DNA of 64,000 bases. Source: a virus. Taxonomy: Duplodnaviria > Caudoviricetes. Under the pieces are notes generated by a model that was not told the DNA's origin, made no database searches, and saw only the letters and a program-made list of their open reading frames with translations. Location of the stretch: the IMG/VR virus record IMGVR_UViG_3300008952_000039, positions 1,654 to 65,653 of that record, one strand, 5' to 3'. Positions 9,547-18,277 of this stretch are shown here, in pieces (the first letter of the stretch is position 1; each line of letters starts with the position of its first letter). The translations under genes were made by a program, and so were the position numbers.

Positions 9547-10731
9547 TCACCCTATTTTTTCAAAGGTACGGGATCTTTTACCATAGAAAGGATCTTCAGC
9601 GATTTCCAAACCAAGATCCTCAAAAGTTTGTATGCTTGACTTTATCCCAACCACTTCTTCATCAGATAATCCAGAGATTTTCTTTGCTTGAGCATCTGAA
9701 ACAGGAGATGCGTATTTTATCATAGGAGCCAGCGGTACATATATTGACCACTCTGCCTCAATAGTCATTGTGAAATTAGCATTGAAAAAATAATCATCCC
9801 CTGTCTCATCATAGATCTCCTCGGATTCTCCACCGAAAGAAAGATCTTTCATTTCCAATCCCTCTCTGGACATTCTGGATCTGGCTATTCCCCACAAATA
9901 AATAAGGGTACGATCTACAAGCTCCTGTTGGGCAAAAATATCTCTCGCCATAATATCACAATCTAAAGAAATTTCCCATCTCCCACCATATTCCATTGAG
10001 GCTGCTTGACGAGATTCTTGAACCACGACAGCCATTTGATCTCCCTTCTGACACAACCTACCAAAAGCCAATACAACTCCCGGAATGGCTGTCGTATTTG
10101 CCCTGTTTTCAATGATTGTGAACGGCCCCGTACTTTCTGCTGGATAGCGGTAGTCTGCTACTAAATGCCTTCCTTTTGTTACAGGATTGGTCAGCGTAAT
10201 TACCTTAGTAGTATAGTCTATCGTGTAATCCGTACCCTCAAACAGTCTTGCTGCTGAAGGCATTTCGTGAAGTTTCACAGTATTTTGAAGGGGGGGTTGA
10301 GATAGCTTCCACTCTTTATTCGTGACCCTCTCCAAAATCTCATCCCTCACATCAAGCAATGGATCTACATAAAATTCATTATCTTCTGTAAGATCGATAT
10401 AATAAACCCCTGCTGAAGAGGGGAAAATACCATTATTGTTTTGAATTGCACGACTGTCTTCTCTGACCCATTCCAAAGCCAGTCCCGGCTTATTATTTGT
10501 CTTTGTGAGAAATACATATGATCTCACAATCCCACGGAAGTTATCTGCCGACATATCAACACGGTTTCCACCGCTGACTTTCACAATGATTCCGTACTGA
10601 GGTCGCTCAGAGAAGGCATATTTTCCCTGAATATTATCTACCAATTCTGGATACTTAGGATGGTATTGCCAGTATCTCCTTAATTCAAGGATTATTCTCC
10701 TTTTAATACTTTCTGTAAGTTGAAAATACAT
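9547..10731 (-). CDS. Virion neck/tail terminator-like protein with inserted beta-sandwich domain
   Basis: Lies between the neck genes and the sheath. Split terminator-like core around EGTDYTIDY..VITL...VADYRY. Confidence 0.5.
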   Translation of the reverse strand: MYFQLTESIKRRIILELRRYWQYHPKYPELVDNIQGKYAFSERPQYGIIVKVSGGNRVDMSADNFRGIVRSYVFLTKTNNKPGLALEWVREDSRAIQNNNGIFPSSAGVYYIDLTEDNEFYVDPLLDVRDEILERVTNKEWKLSQPPLQNTVKLHEMPSAARLFEGTDYTIDYTTKVITLTNPVTKGRHLVADYRYPAESTGPFTIIENRANTTAIPGVVLAFGRLCQKGDQMAVVVQESRQAASMEYGGRWEISLDCDIMARDIFAQQELVDRTLIYLWGIARSRMSREGLEMKDLSFGGESEEIYDETGDDYFFNANFTMTIEAEWSIYVPLAPMIKYASPVSDAQAKKISGLSDEEVVGIKSSIQTFEDLGLEIAEDPFYGKRSRTFEKIG

Positions 10732-10732
10732 T

Positions 10733-10954
10733 TTATGACCCCGATTCCTCTATCTTGATCCATTCTACCGACACTTGATTTTCAACTTGAGCAACCTCTG
10801 AATAATATGAAAATAATTCAGCAATGACTTCTATTTGAGCATCCTCAATTTCATCAGAAGAATCCACCAAGCGATCTACTTCTTCTTCAATCTCTTTCAA
10901 TTCTGCTTTTGAAAGACTTTCAAAAGCTGGAGGGGTGGGTTTGTCCTTTTTCAT
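10733..10954 (-). CDS. Small acidic hypothetical protein
   Basis: Likely start is the ATG at 10954 (MKKDKPTPP). The longer ORF-track start overlaps the upstream gene. Confidence 0.55.
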   Translation of the reverse strand: MKKDKPTPPAFESLSKAELKEIEEEVDRLVDSSDEIEDAQIEVIAELFSYYSEVAQVENQVSVEWIKIEESGS

Positions 10955-10961
10955 AATATTC

Positions 10962-11537
10962 TCACTTATTAAGATTTTTCTGAATGCAAGCAGCAAGAAC
11001 CGAAGCAGCAGTAGCTCTCCATTTCCTTCTTCCTCGCTCCCAAAAAGTATGTTTGTGAATACCGGGATGCACCCAAGCATTCTCCAACTTCAAAGGGGCT
11101 ACTCTGAAGATGATTTTTCCATCATCTCCTTTTAAGGGAAGTGCTTTCCTAACCTTACCCTCCTTCCCCGATCTCCACAGCTTAGGATTATTCTCCGCTA
11201 CCATGTGAGACATTTTGGCTTTAGGCGCACCTACCAAAAGAGAGTCTATCCATTCCCACTTTGAATAAACTTCAATTGAGCTTTCTCCAACCAAACGATA
11301 TCGAACACTCTTAAAGAACGATTCGCCAAGACCCCCACCAGACGGTACGGGCTTACCTCTTGGGGATCTCTTTGCTTTGGCAAAGTCCTTCTTCGCCTCT
11401 GCTACAATGTGTTTCACAAGGGATCTGCCAAGAGCGTGAAGGCACTTCTTCTTTAATTTCTTATTGAGGAGCGCAGTCTGAAGGCTCTTAGAAATCTTCT
11501 TAGAAAAGGAGCCTGATTTTGCCGTTCCAACAGCCAT
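10962..11537 (-). CDS. Basic virion morphogenesis protein (HK97 gp10/tail-completion-like)
   Basis: Lys/Arg-rich with C-terminal W.HPG....FW pattern. Sits in the neck gene cluster. Confidence 0.5.
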   Translation of the reverse strand: MAVGTAKSGSFSKKISKSLQTALLNKKLKKKCLHALGRSLVKHIVAEAKKDFAKAKRSPRGKPVPSGGGLGESFFKSVRYRLVGESSIEVYSKWEWIDSLLVGAPKAKMSHMVAENNPKLWRSGKEGKVRKALPLKGDDGKIIFRVAPLKLENAWVHPGIHKHTFWERGRRKWRATAASVLAACIQKNLNK

Positions 11538-11549
11538 AGTTTCCCCTCA

Positions 11550-12923
11550 CTAATAATTCTGATTTTCCCAAACCCTTGAACGACCTCTCTGCTCTCTTTC
11601 GTCCTCTATGCCAGTCTTATCTGTACCCATCGGAGTAGCAGCACCAGTGCCGTGTGGGGTTGGAGCATAGCGTGTTCCCGTAAGTGGCCCTCTATCCCTA
11701 ATATCTCTTGTTTCAGGCCAGAGGAATTCACCTGTTCCGTTAATCGGTACTTTATATCGAACATCCCCTTCATCCAAATAACCAATCTGAAAATGCTGCT
11801 GTAAAAGATTCCCCCGATTAGTTGGTCTTCTCACAGATCCCACAGAGTATCTTTCATTTGTCTGTTTCACAATGAAATCCCTTTGGGTCATAATAGGAGA
11901 TGGTCCCATAAAGACTTCATATGAATGTTCCAATCTGCGACCAAATCTGGTTTGTGAAACTTTACGTTCTGCCTCGTCTGGAGCAAGTATTGTCTCATAA
12001 GGGCCTTCATACCCTCCGATAAATCCAGTGCCATAACAAGTAAGACAACGATTAGAGGGCATCTTCGTATATTCCAGACTTCTCTCATCCATCTTACAGT
12101 TACAGATCACACCAGACTGCTTTCTCACAAAGACCTTTACTCGTTCACCACCCTGTTCCAAGATCCAGTTATTCCTGCGAATAGCTTCTCTCCAGATATA
12201 ATCCAGAGTTTCAACTTCTATATTAGACACAGCCTGAGTATCTGCTAAATCTGTCTCTAATAAGCCACTGGTAGATTCATCTGAAAGAGCTACAGTGGTA
12301 ACCCTGTAAAATATCTTCGCATCCAAACCTGATCGAACGTGATTTCTATTCGTCCAATAGCTAACAGTCACTGTGGAGCTATCTGATGGGATCGTAGCAG
12401 CATCAAATTTATCTGTTCCAACATTATAATTCGGTTGGTTCAGAATTCTTACTTCACCAGATCTCCCAAAGACATCATCAACAACAACCTCTACACCATC
12501 AACATATACTTTCACATCACTTGGATGGTTACCAAAAGTAGGTGTTCCGTATGGTGGATTCGGAGGGTTCTTGTGTATTGGTAGTTTGGTCTTTAGTGTC
12601 CAAGACCTTCTATTGGCTTGATCACCAAAACCAACCCAAGTGGTGACAGTTTCTTGTGTGATCCTCTCATATTGAGTTGAATCCCGATAGAAACCACCCC
12701 CTATGGGAGCTTTGTTGATCCTATGATACGGCCCTCTATCTGATCCAACAGATCGATAGATATTCACACCAATGACTGAGAAATTCGTATTCTCATACTG
12801 CAATGATGGATCATCCCACCTAAGATCAATTATTCCGTGTCTATATCCTGTAAAGACTTGAACATTGTCGGGGGGTTCAGGGTTATTCCCATCGGGTGCG
12901 ATCCATCTATTGCCAGTAGTCAT
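11550..12923 (-). CDS. Head closure/neck protein with N-terminal FN3-like domain and CxC/CxxC zinc site
   Basis: PPDNVQV..IDLRW...GVNIYRS (FN3-like). GGERVKVFVRK..G..C.C...C..CYGTGFIGGY. Confidence 0.55.
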   Translation of the reverse strand: MTTGNRWIAPDGNNPEPPDNVQVFTGYRHGIIDLRWDDPSLQYENTNFSVIGVNIYRSVGSDRGPYHRINKAPIGGGFYRDSTQYERITQETVTTWVGFGDQANRRSWTLKTKLPIHKNPPNPPYGTPTFGNHPSDVKVYVDGVEVVVDDVFGRSGEVRILNQPNYNVGTDKFDAATIPSDSSTVTVSYWTNRNHVRSGLDAKIFYRVTTVALSDESTSGLLETDLADTQAVSNIEVETLDYIWREAIRRNNWILEQGGERVKVFVRKQSGVICNCKMDERSLEYTKMPSNRCLTCYGTGFIGGYEGPYETILAPDEAERKVSQTRFGRRLEHSYEVFMGPSPIMTQRDFIVKQTNERYSVGSVRRPTNRGNLLQQHFQIGYLDEGDVRYKVPINGTGEFLWPETRDIRDRGPLTGTRYAPTPHGTGAATPMGTDKTGIEDEREQRGRSRVWENQNY

Positions 12924-13210
12924 TATGCGGTTTCATTGGGGTCGAGCAGAACAACTTCACCTGTTGGAGACACCTGCCAAGGCTGTCCATCAGGAATTTG
13001 AAGACGGATACCAACACGATTCAAAAGGGTCTGAGCATTAGCTTCAACTTCAGAGATGTTGCCAAGCAGACGAGCCTTACGCACTTCAAGGTTTCCGATT
13101 TCCAGAGCAAGCTGATTAGCACCTTGACGAAGACCGTTCAGGTTTTGGACTTCTTCTGGAAGAAGGGTCATAGTTGGGGTTTCATTTGTAGTTTCATTTG
13201 TGTCAGACAT
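12923..13210 (-). CDS. Small coiled-coil hypothetical protein
   Basis: 95 aa with GGAG RBS, preceded by a late-type motif at 13239-13251. Confidence 0.65.
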   Translation of the reverse strand: MSDTNETTNETPTMTLLPEEVQNLNGLRQGANQLALEIGNLEVRKARLLGNISEVEANAQTLLNRVGIRLQIPDGQPWQVSPTGEVVLLDPNETA

Positions 13211-13274
13211 TTATGTCTCTCCATTACTTATGGTTTTTAATAGCCAAAATAGGCAGTGGTGGTTCTTAGGGATA

Positions 13275-14171
13275 CTACCCAATAAATCCTCTTGGAGATA
13301 AAACTCCCCTACCAACCTGCGGACCGAATGCAGATCTGATCCCCACACCGTATTTGGGCTGCTGTAACCCACGGATATATTTGGTAGTTCTTTGTTTCAT
13401 CTCAGTAGCAGTCTGGACTTGTGCTTCAGCCCCTGCTCTTAACATTTCATACTTGGAAGATCGTTCCAGACTGAGAGAAATTCCCCCGATACTGTAATCA
13501 AATTCTTCCACTGTCCAATTCGCTTGAAGGGCAAAAGTAGCATGTATGATTGCACACCATAGGACAGCCGTTCTCCAGACAGGTTTTCTATTAACCAGAA
13601 GATCAAGGTTCTTCAAGCCTTCTGTTTCGGGTGGGAACATGTTCCACCAATCCAAACCCCTTTCCAGATATTCCATCAATTCTGCCTCTTCCCACACATA
13701 GCCAATTACACGATTGTAATTCCCAATCGATCCTTCATGCTCTGGAGGTCGAAAGTGATAAAATTTATCAGGGTTCTGATCTCTAAGGAGCATCCTCAGT
13801 TTATCAATCATTGCCTGTTCGTTATCAGTATAATCATTAGTGCTGGCAGATAAACCCCCCACAACAGCAAATTCCTGTACGACCTGTTGTTGAGGTGATG
13901 TTGATAGCTCTTGGAATGTCCATCTAATCCTGTAATCCCCGATAGTACTATCAGAAGGGATCATAAGAGCAGCATAGTATTCCCCAATAGTAGGATTGAT
14001 TGGTGTTCTTTCTGCTGATCCAATCACAACCTCTGCGGAGGTATTCGGATCTACCCAATAGACCGCATATGTGATGGAATAGGCATTAGAGGGGTTTCCT
14101 GTTCTGGTTGTGAGAAAGATATCTAAATCGCCTCTTCCCAAAATCTGTTCTAACTGAAATGCTACACCCAT
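13275..14171 (-). CDS. Putative head-tail adaptor/neck protein with N-terminal Ig-like domain
   Basis: Ig-like N-terminus (GEYYA....GDYRIRW) and helical adaptor-like C-terminus (FDYSIGGISLS). Position fits. Confidence 0.5.
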   Translation of the reverse strand: MGVAFQLEQILGRGDLDIFLTTRTGNPSNAYSITYAVYWVDPNTSAEVVIGSAERTPINPTIGEYYAALMIPSDSTIGDYRIRWTFQELSTSPQQQVVQEFAVVGGLSASTNDYTDNEQAMIDKLRMLLRDQNPDKFYHFRPPEHEGSIGNYNRVIGYVWEEAELMEYLERGLDWWNMFPPETEGLKNLDLLVNRKPVWRTAVLWCAIIHATFALQANWTVEEFDYSIGGISLSLERSSKYEMLRAGAEAQVQTATEMKQRTTKYIRGLQQPKYGVGIRSAFGPQVGRGVLSPRGFIG

Positions 14172-14182
14172 TGTAAATTCTC

Positions 14183-14434
14183 CTACCGTCCTATGTGGGT
14201 CAATGCCTTCATAGAACGTATCTCATCTGCATAGGTCAAAGCTGGAACCTTGGAGGTTCGATTGAAGTATTGCTGCTTCAATCCGTGGATCGCTTCCGAT
14301 CTCTCAAAAATAAAAAACACTCTCTTTCCTTCTCTTTCGGTTCCAGTGAGAAGGACACCAGCAACCTTCAAATAGGCTGCATAGTATAAATCAGAGGTGC
14401 GGTAAGTATTCCCATCTTGAATTTGGGTTCCCAT
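14183..14434 (-). CDS. DUF5659-like small protein
   Basis: YRTSDLYYAAYL...G..RVFFIF pattern. Confidence 0.6.
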   Translation of the reverse strand: MGTQIQDGNTYRTSDLYYAAYLKVAGVLLTGTEREGKRVFFIFERSEAIHGLKQQYFNRTSKVPALTYADEIRSMKALTHIGR

Positions 14435-14495
14435 TTTATCTCCATTTAATCTTGTCTACATATAATGAGAGTATCAGTCAAAGGATACACTACCC

Positions 14496-14531
14496 AAAAA
14501 AATCCCCCACCAAATTATTTGGTGAGGGGAT
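14496..14531 (-). terminator. Intrinsic terminator after 14561..15781
   Basis: ATCCCC-CACCAAAT/ATTTGGTG-GGGGAT imperfect stem with a U7 tract on the minus strand. Confidence 0.6.
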
Positions 14532-14560
14532 CATTCAATAAATACTAATTCACCGATTGA

Positions 14561-15781
14561 TTAAGCGATAACTGTACCGTCTTCGTCCATAATGCGAATA
14601 GCAGCCATAGAACCACCAGTAAGGCTCTGAGTTCCTACTGAGACTGAAGAGGAAGCAGGTACGGAGTACTTTGCAGCACCATTAGCATCTGTGTATACAA
14701 CATATCCAGTGGTGAGGGCAGTAGTAGCTTCAACAACTTCAAACTGTTTCCCAGCGACATTTGCGACAGTGTAAGGGCCAGCAGCAACAAATACCCCATC
14801 GTGATTAATGATATAGCACTTGTCACCGTTTGCAAGTCCGTGTTCCTCACTGGTAGTTATAACAGAAGGGTTTGCAGCCGTACCTGAAGCAACAGTACTG
14901 ACAGGCATTATGGTTGTAGCCAAAACAGTAGAGGCTGAGAAGGTATAATCATCAGCATCCATTGCATAAGAATAAGCAACACCTCTATTAGCTCCGCTTG
15001 TAGTCTTAGCGTTCACAACATTGTAGGTGCTGGAAGTGTATTGAGACAGAGATCCGCTTGCAATAGAAGAGGAAAGGTGCTGTCCAAGATACAACTGGCG
15101 ACCAGTAAAGGCTGAGAAGCTACCACCAGAATAAATCGGAGCGGTATACCCAAGGGCTGTTGTCTCAGCATCGACCAAAGTTTCTCTTTCAGAGGCTTTT
15201 CTCCAGCAGCCAGCGGCTCTTGCTTCTGATCCTATAATAGTAGCATCTGGAACAGTATAGGTGTGTCCAGCAAGGATCTTCACAACATCTTCAACCGTCC
15301 CATAAGATTCGGTAGAACCTACCGCAACGGTATCTCCGATAAGCTCAGTTGGTGCTGTTGCAACAGCAGCAGTTAGGTGGATTTGAATTCTTGCTGCTGA
15401 AAGGCTGGTTCCAGCCAAAACATCAGCGCAGATAAGAGAAGCAGCTTTCATTGCTTGGGCTGCGGAAAGGAAACTGTTGTTGTCTGCTGCGGTTGCAGAT
15501 GCAGAACCCGGATCACAATGAACCCTCTCCATCAGGTATGCAACCAAACCAGTAGTCGCCCCATCACTAACCTGTAGGGCAGCCCCATTATCATCAGTAT
15601 AGGTAGTGAGAGCCATCTGTGCTGGATTTGACATCATAGCATCTTGTCTCACATAGCCTGTCTGACCCGGAGGATCATAAATCTGATTTCTCTGAGAAGT
15701 ATTGGGAAAGAGATCAAGTGTCTGAAGCATTCCTTGGGGAATGTCGTTTCTTAGTGTGATAACGTATGCCTTAGTAGCCAT
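14561..15781 (-). CDS. Virion structural/decoration protein (paralog of 15814..16632) with E1-FCCH-like beta domain
   Basis: Shares the DL.PNTS.RN...DP.GQT.YV N-terminus and D.DG.V C-terminus with its neighbour. Contains ANPSVITT..HGL.NGD. Confidence 0.6.
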   Translation of the reverse strand: MATKAYVITLRNDIPQGMLQTLDLFPNTSQRNQIYDPPGQTGYVRQDAMMSNPAQMALTTYTDDNGAALQVSDGATTGLVAYLMERVHCDPGSASATAADNNSFLSAAQAMKAASLICADVLAGTSLSAARIQIHLTAAVATAPTELIGDTVAVGSTESYGTVEDVVKILAGHTYTVPDATIIGSEARAAGCWRKASERETLVDAETTALGYTAPIYSGGSFSAFTGRQLYLGQHLSSSIASGSLSQYTSSTYNVVNAKTTSGANRGVAYSYAMDADDYTFSASTVLATTIMPVSTVASGTAANPSVITTSEEHGLANGDKCYIINHDGVFVAAGPYTVANVAGKQFEVVEATTALTTGYVVYTDANGAAKYSVPASSSVSVGTQSLTGGSMAAIRIMDEDGTVIA

Positions 15782-15813
15782 TGTGAAGTCTCCTGATAGA
15801 TTTTATGAAATGA

Positions 15814-16632
15814 TTAAACAAGCACAGAACCGTCATCAGCATAGACAACGACAACTCTTGAAGCAGCAGCAGTAAGTGAATTAAGATTTTTCATACTCGC
15901 CAATTGACGGGCTGGATATCCAGTAGAAGTCTCACCTTCTGTCTTGGAAGGAGAGCCTGAAATGGTTCCGTTCTTATTAGGTACTTGAATAGAGCTACTG
16001 AACATACGGATGCTCTGAGCAAGTTGGTACATGTGACCTTCTGCCAGAGAGATGTTGAATTCATCGCCAGAGTAAGATTTTCTAACAGTGTCAATCGCAG
16101 TAGAAATGTTCAACTCTTTGCTTTCGTGGTAAAACCCACCTTGCAACGCAGCAGTAGTAAGAGTCGTGCCTTTATCGATCTTATAGTGTGCGCCAGATAA
16201 AACTTTCAGAAGGTTCTCTACTGTAAGGGTTCCCATTGCAGTACAATCAAAGGTTCCACCAAGGGCAGAGCCACTATATGTTCCACTTTGAACCGAAGTA
16301 TTTACAGTAGCAGTAGTGATAGCAAGACCAGCATCCATAAGACCTACAATGTCCTCAACGGCTGAAGCTACTTGAACAGTACTGAGCAAAGCACCACCGA
16401 GAAGGCAGGTGTCTGCAACATAGGCAGCAAGCCCTGTAGCATCCTTTCCAATAGTAGCACCATAGACAACAGCAGTCGCTATCGTAACGGTAGAGGTGTC
16501 AACCCGATTAACATATCTGGTCTGACCAGCAGGGTCGATTGAGGCATTTCTTAAAGAAGTGTTAGGAACCAGATCCAGAACCTGTACGGTTCCATCTTCT
16601 ACGTCACTTCGGGTTAAGCAAATATAAGGCAT
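15814..16632 (-). CDS. Virion structural/decoration protein (paralog of 14561..15781)
   Basis: Ala/Thr/Ser-rich, shares terminal motifs with its neighbour, late-type motif at 16680-16694. Confidence 0.6.
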   Translation of the reverse strand: MPYICLTRSDVEDGTVQVLDLVPNTSLRNASIDPAGQTRYVNRVDTSTVTIATAVVYGATIGKDATGLAAYVADTCLLGGALLSTVQVASAVEDIVGLMDAGLAITTATVNTSVQSGTYSGSALGGTFDCTAMGTLTVENLLKVLSGAHYKIDKGTTLTTAALQGGFYHESKELNISTAIDTVRKSYSGDEFNISLAEGHMYQLAQSIRMFSSSIQVPNKNGTISGSPSKTEGETSTGYPARQLASMKNLNSLTAAASRVVVVYADDGSVLV

Positions 16633-16679
16633 TATGATTTCTCCTGTAGAATTTTTAACTCTATCTACTTGGGTAAGAG

Positions 16680-16694
16680 TATAAACGTATTATC
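16680..16694 (-). promoter_or_regulatory. Putative late promoter (GATAAT-ACGTT-TATA)
   Basis: One of the best matches to the recurrent structural-gene motif. Confidence 0.5.
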
Positions 16695-16704
16695 AAAGTA
16701 AAGA

Positions 16705-17433
16705 TCAAACTAATGTGGCTACACCTAAAGCAATGTTGAATTCAACATCTCCACCGCTACCTGCAAGGATCAATTCTGAGTATGCCGCTGCGGTCAATCC
16801 AAAGTCTGAAGCTGCTGGAATTTTACTGGCTCCCATATGGTTTCCAGAAGAATAAAATAAGTCATTCCCACTGGCTGGCTCCAAATTTCTGATGTTATTC
16901 GTCTGAGAATAAAACGGAAAGGCAAGGTGTAATTGTGATCCTGATACTGGGAGTGGTAAGGGATCTCCCAAAGTACAGTTGGCAGTACTTGGAGCCGTAC
17001 CAGAAAGTTGTAATAGAGGATTTCTTATATTAAAAAATCCTGTTGGTGGTATCACCAGAATAGGGCCGTGATCCAAATAGGCTCCTGTTGCCTTGCTAAA
17101 TTCCTGTACGACCAAATAAATAGTCTCTTCTTCAAAAGGCACTGTGGGGGCTGCTCCACCACCACCGTCAGCAAAATCAGAGATGTCAAAAGCCATTCTC
17201 GTCAAGCCACGGTTGCTATCCATAGTCAGACCAAGACCTTTCTTTCTCAGGGTTTTAGACCGAAACATTGCCCCTCTTTTTACGGTGAAAAGCTCTGTCC
17301 AACCGCTTGAAATTCCAGTAGTGAAATTCCTATGGGCTAAAATCCTGTATTGTGAAACATTCGGATCATTTCTCAAGGTCATTTCAATTAGACCATGCGA
17401 TCTCTCTAATAAATTTGGCACTACTCCAATCAT
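16705..17433 (-). CDS. Hypothetical (probably virion) protein
   Basis: 242 aa, beta-rich, ATGA-coupled to the upstream gene. Confidence 0.65.
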   Translation of the reverse strand: MIGVVPNLLERSHGLIEMTLRNDPNVSQYRILAHRNFTTGISSGWTELFTVKRGAMFRSKTLRKKGLGLTMDSNRGLTRMAFDISDFADGGGGAAPTVPFEEETIYLVVQEFSKATGAYLDHGPILVIPPTGFFNIRNPLLQLSGTAPSTANCTLGDPLPLPVSGSQLHLAFPFYSQTNNIRNLEPASGNDLFYSSGNHMGASKIPAASDFGLTAAAYSELILAGSGGDVEFNIALGVATLV

Positions 17434-17822
17434 TTCAGACCCCTCTTTTCTTTTCTTACATAAGAATCATAGGAGGCAGTATTTTTCCCTTGACTGGCTG
17501 CAAGCTTTCTTGCTTCAGCCCAAGATCCCACTCTCTCACCATCAACATTTGGAGCCAGAGAGACATTGGGAGCATCCCTTTTCATTTCGTTTTCTTTGGT
17601 TGCAAGCCTTCTATTCTTAGAGGACATTTGCCTCTTGATCCGCATATTCTTACCCGTCCACCCATCACCTTTAAGGATGAACCCAACATTAGACACCATC
17701 TTATTCGCCTCTGTTCCACAATCAGAGCAATTCTGCTGCTGATCATAAAGAGACATTGGGAGGGATCGATCAAATTCAACCCCACAATCTGTATTGGTGC
17801 AACGATATGAATACACTGGCAT
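17430..17822 (-). CDS. FmdB-family zinc ribbon protein (second copy)
   Basis: MPVYSYRC...CG.EFD....CSDCG....K..S..GFILKG.GW signature. Confidence 0.85.
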   Translation of the reverse strand: MPVYSYRCTNTDCGVEFDRSLPMSLYDQQQNCSDCGTEANKMVSNVGFILKGDGWTGKNMRIKRQMSSKNRRLATKENEMKRDAPNVSLAPNVDGERVGSWAEARKLAASQGKNTASYDSYVRKEKRGLK

Positions 17823-17857
17823 TACTGTTCTCCTACTAAGATTTGTTTATGGGTAAA

Positions 17858-18277
17858 TTACCGACCCAAATAAAGAGAAGCTACTCTACAAGCCATTTTT
17901 GTTATCTGCTTTGTGTGTAAAGAAGCCAAAACACTTGCCACATGCTTACACACCCAATTCTTTCCTTCAGGATCTCTAATGTTGGGCTTGGTTCCTTTAG
18001 CTTTGGGAATTCCATAAAGAAAGCTATGTCTGTTAGCGTGATACTCACAGCCTTGGTACTTCCAAAATTTACAATCACAAGAAACTTTGCAGTCCAATGT
18101 CTCAGGGTTTGTGATTTTCACAACCACCTTATATTTCTTCTTTCCGCTTGGAACCGAAAAAGTAGAGATCCCACGATTGCTGAAAATCAATTGAGGGCTA
18201 AACCCTTGTGATTTCTGAAGGATACTTGGAGAGGTCTTTTGTAGGATCTCATCTGGAGTGAGGGCTATTCTTCGCAT
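17858..18277 (-). CDS. SWIM zinc-finger protein
   Basis: KYKVVV...VSCDCKFW...CKHVASVL (CxC...CxH). C-terminal RVASLYL motif. Confidence 0.75.
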   Translation of the reverse strand: MRRIALTPDEILQKTSPSILQKSQGFSPQLIFSNRGISTFSVPSGKKKYKVVVKITNPETLDCKVSCDCKFWKYQGCEYHANRHSFLYGIPKAKGTKPNIRDPEGKNWVCKHVASVLASLHTKQITKMACRVASLYLGR

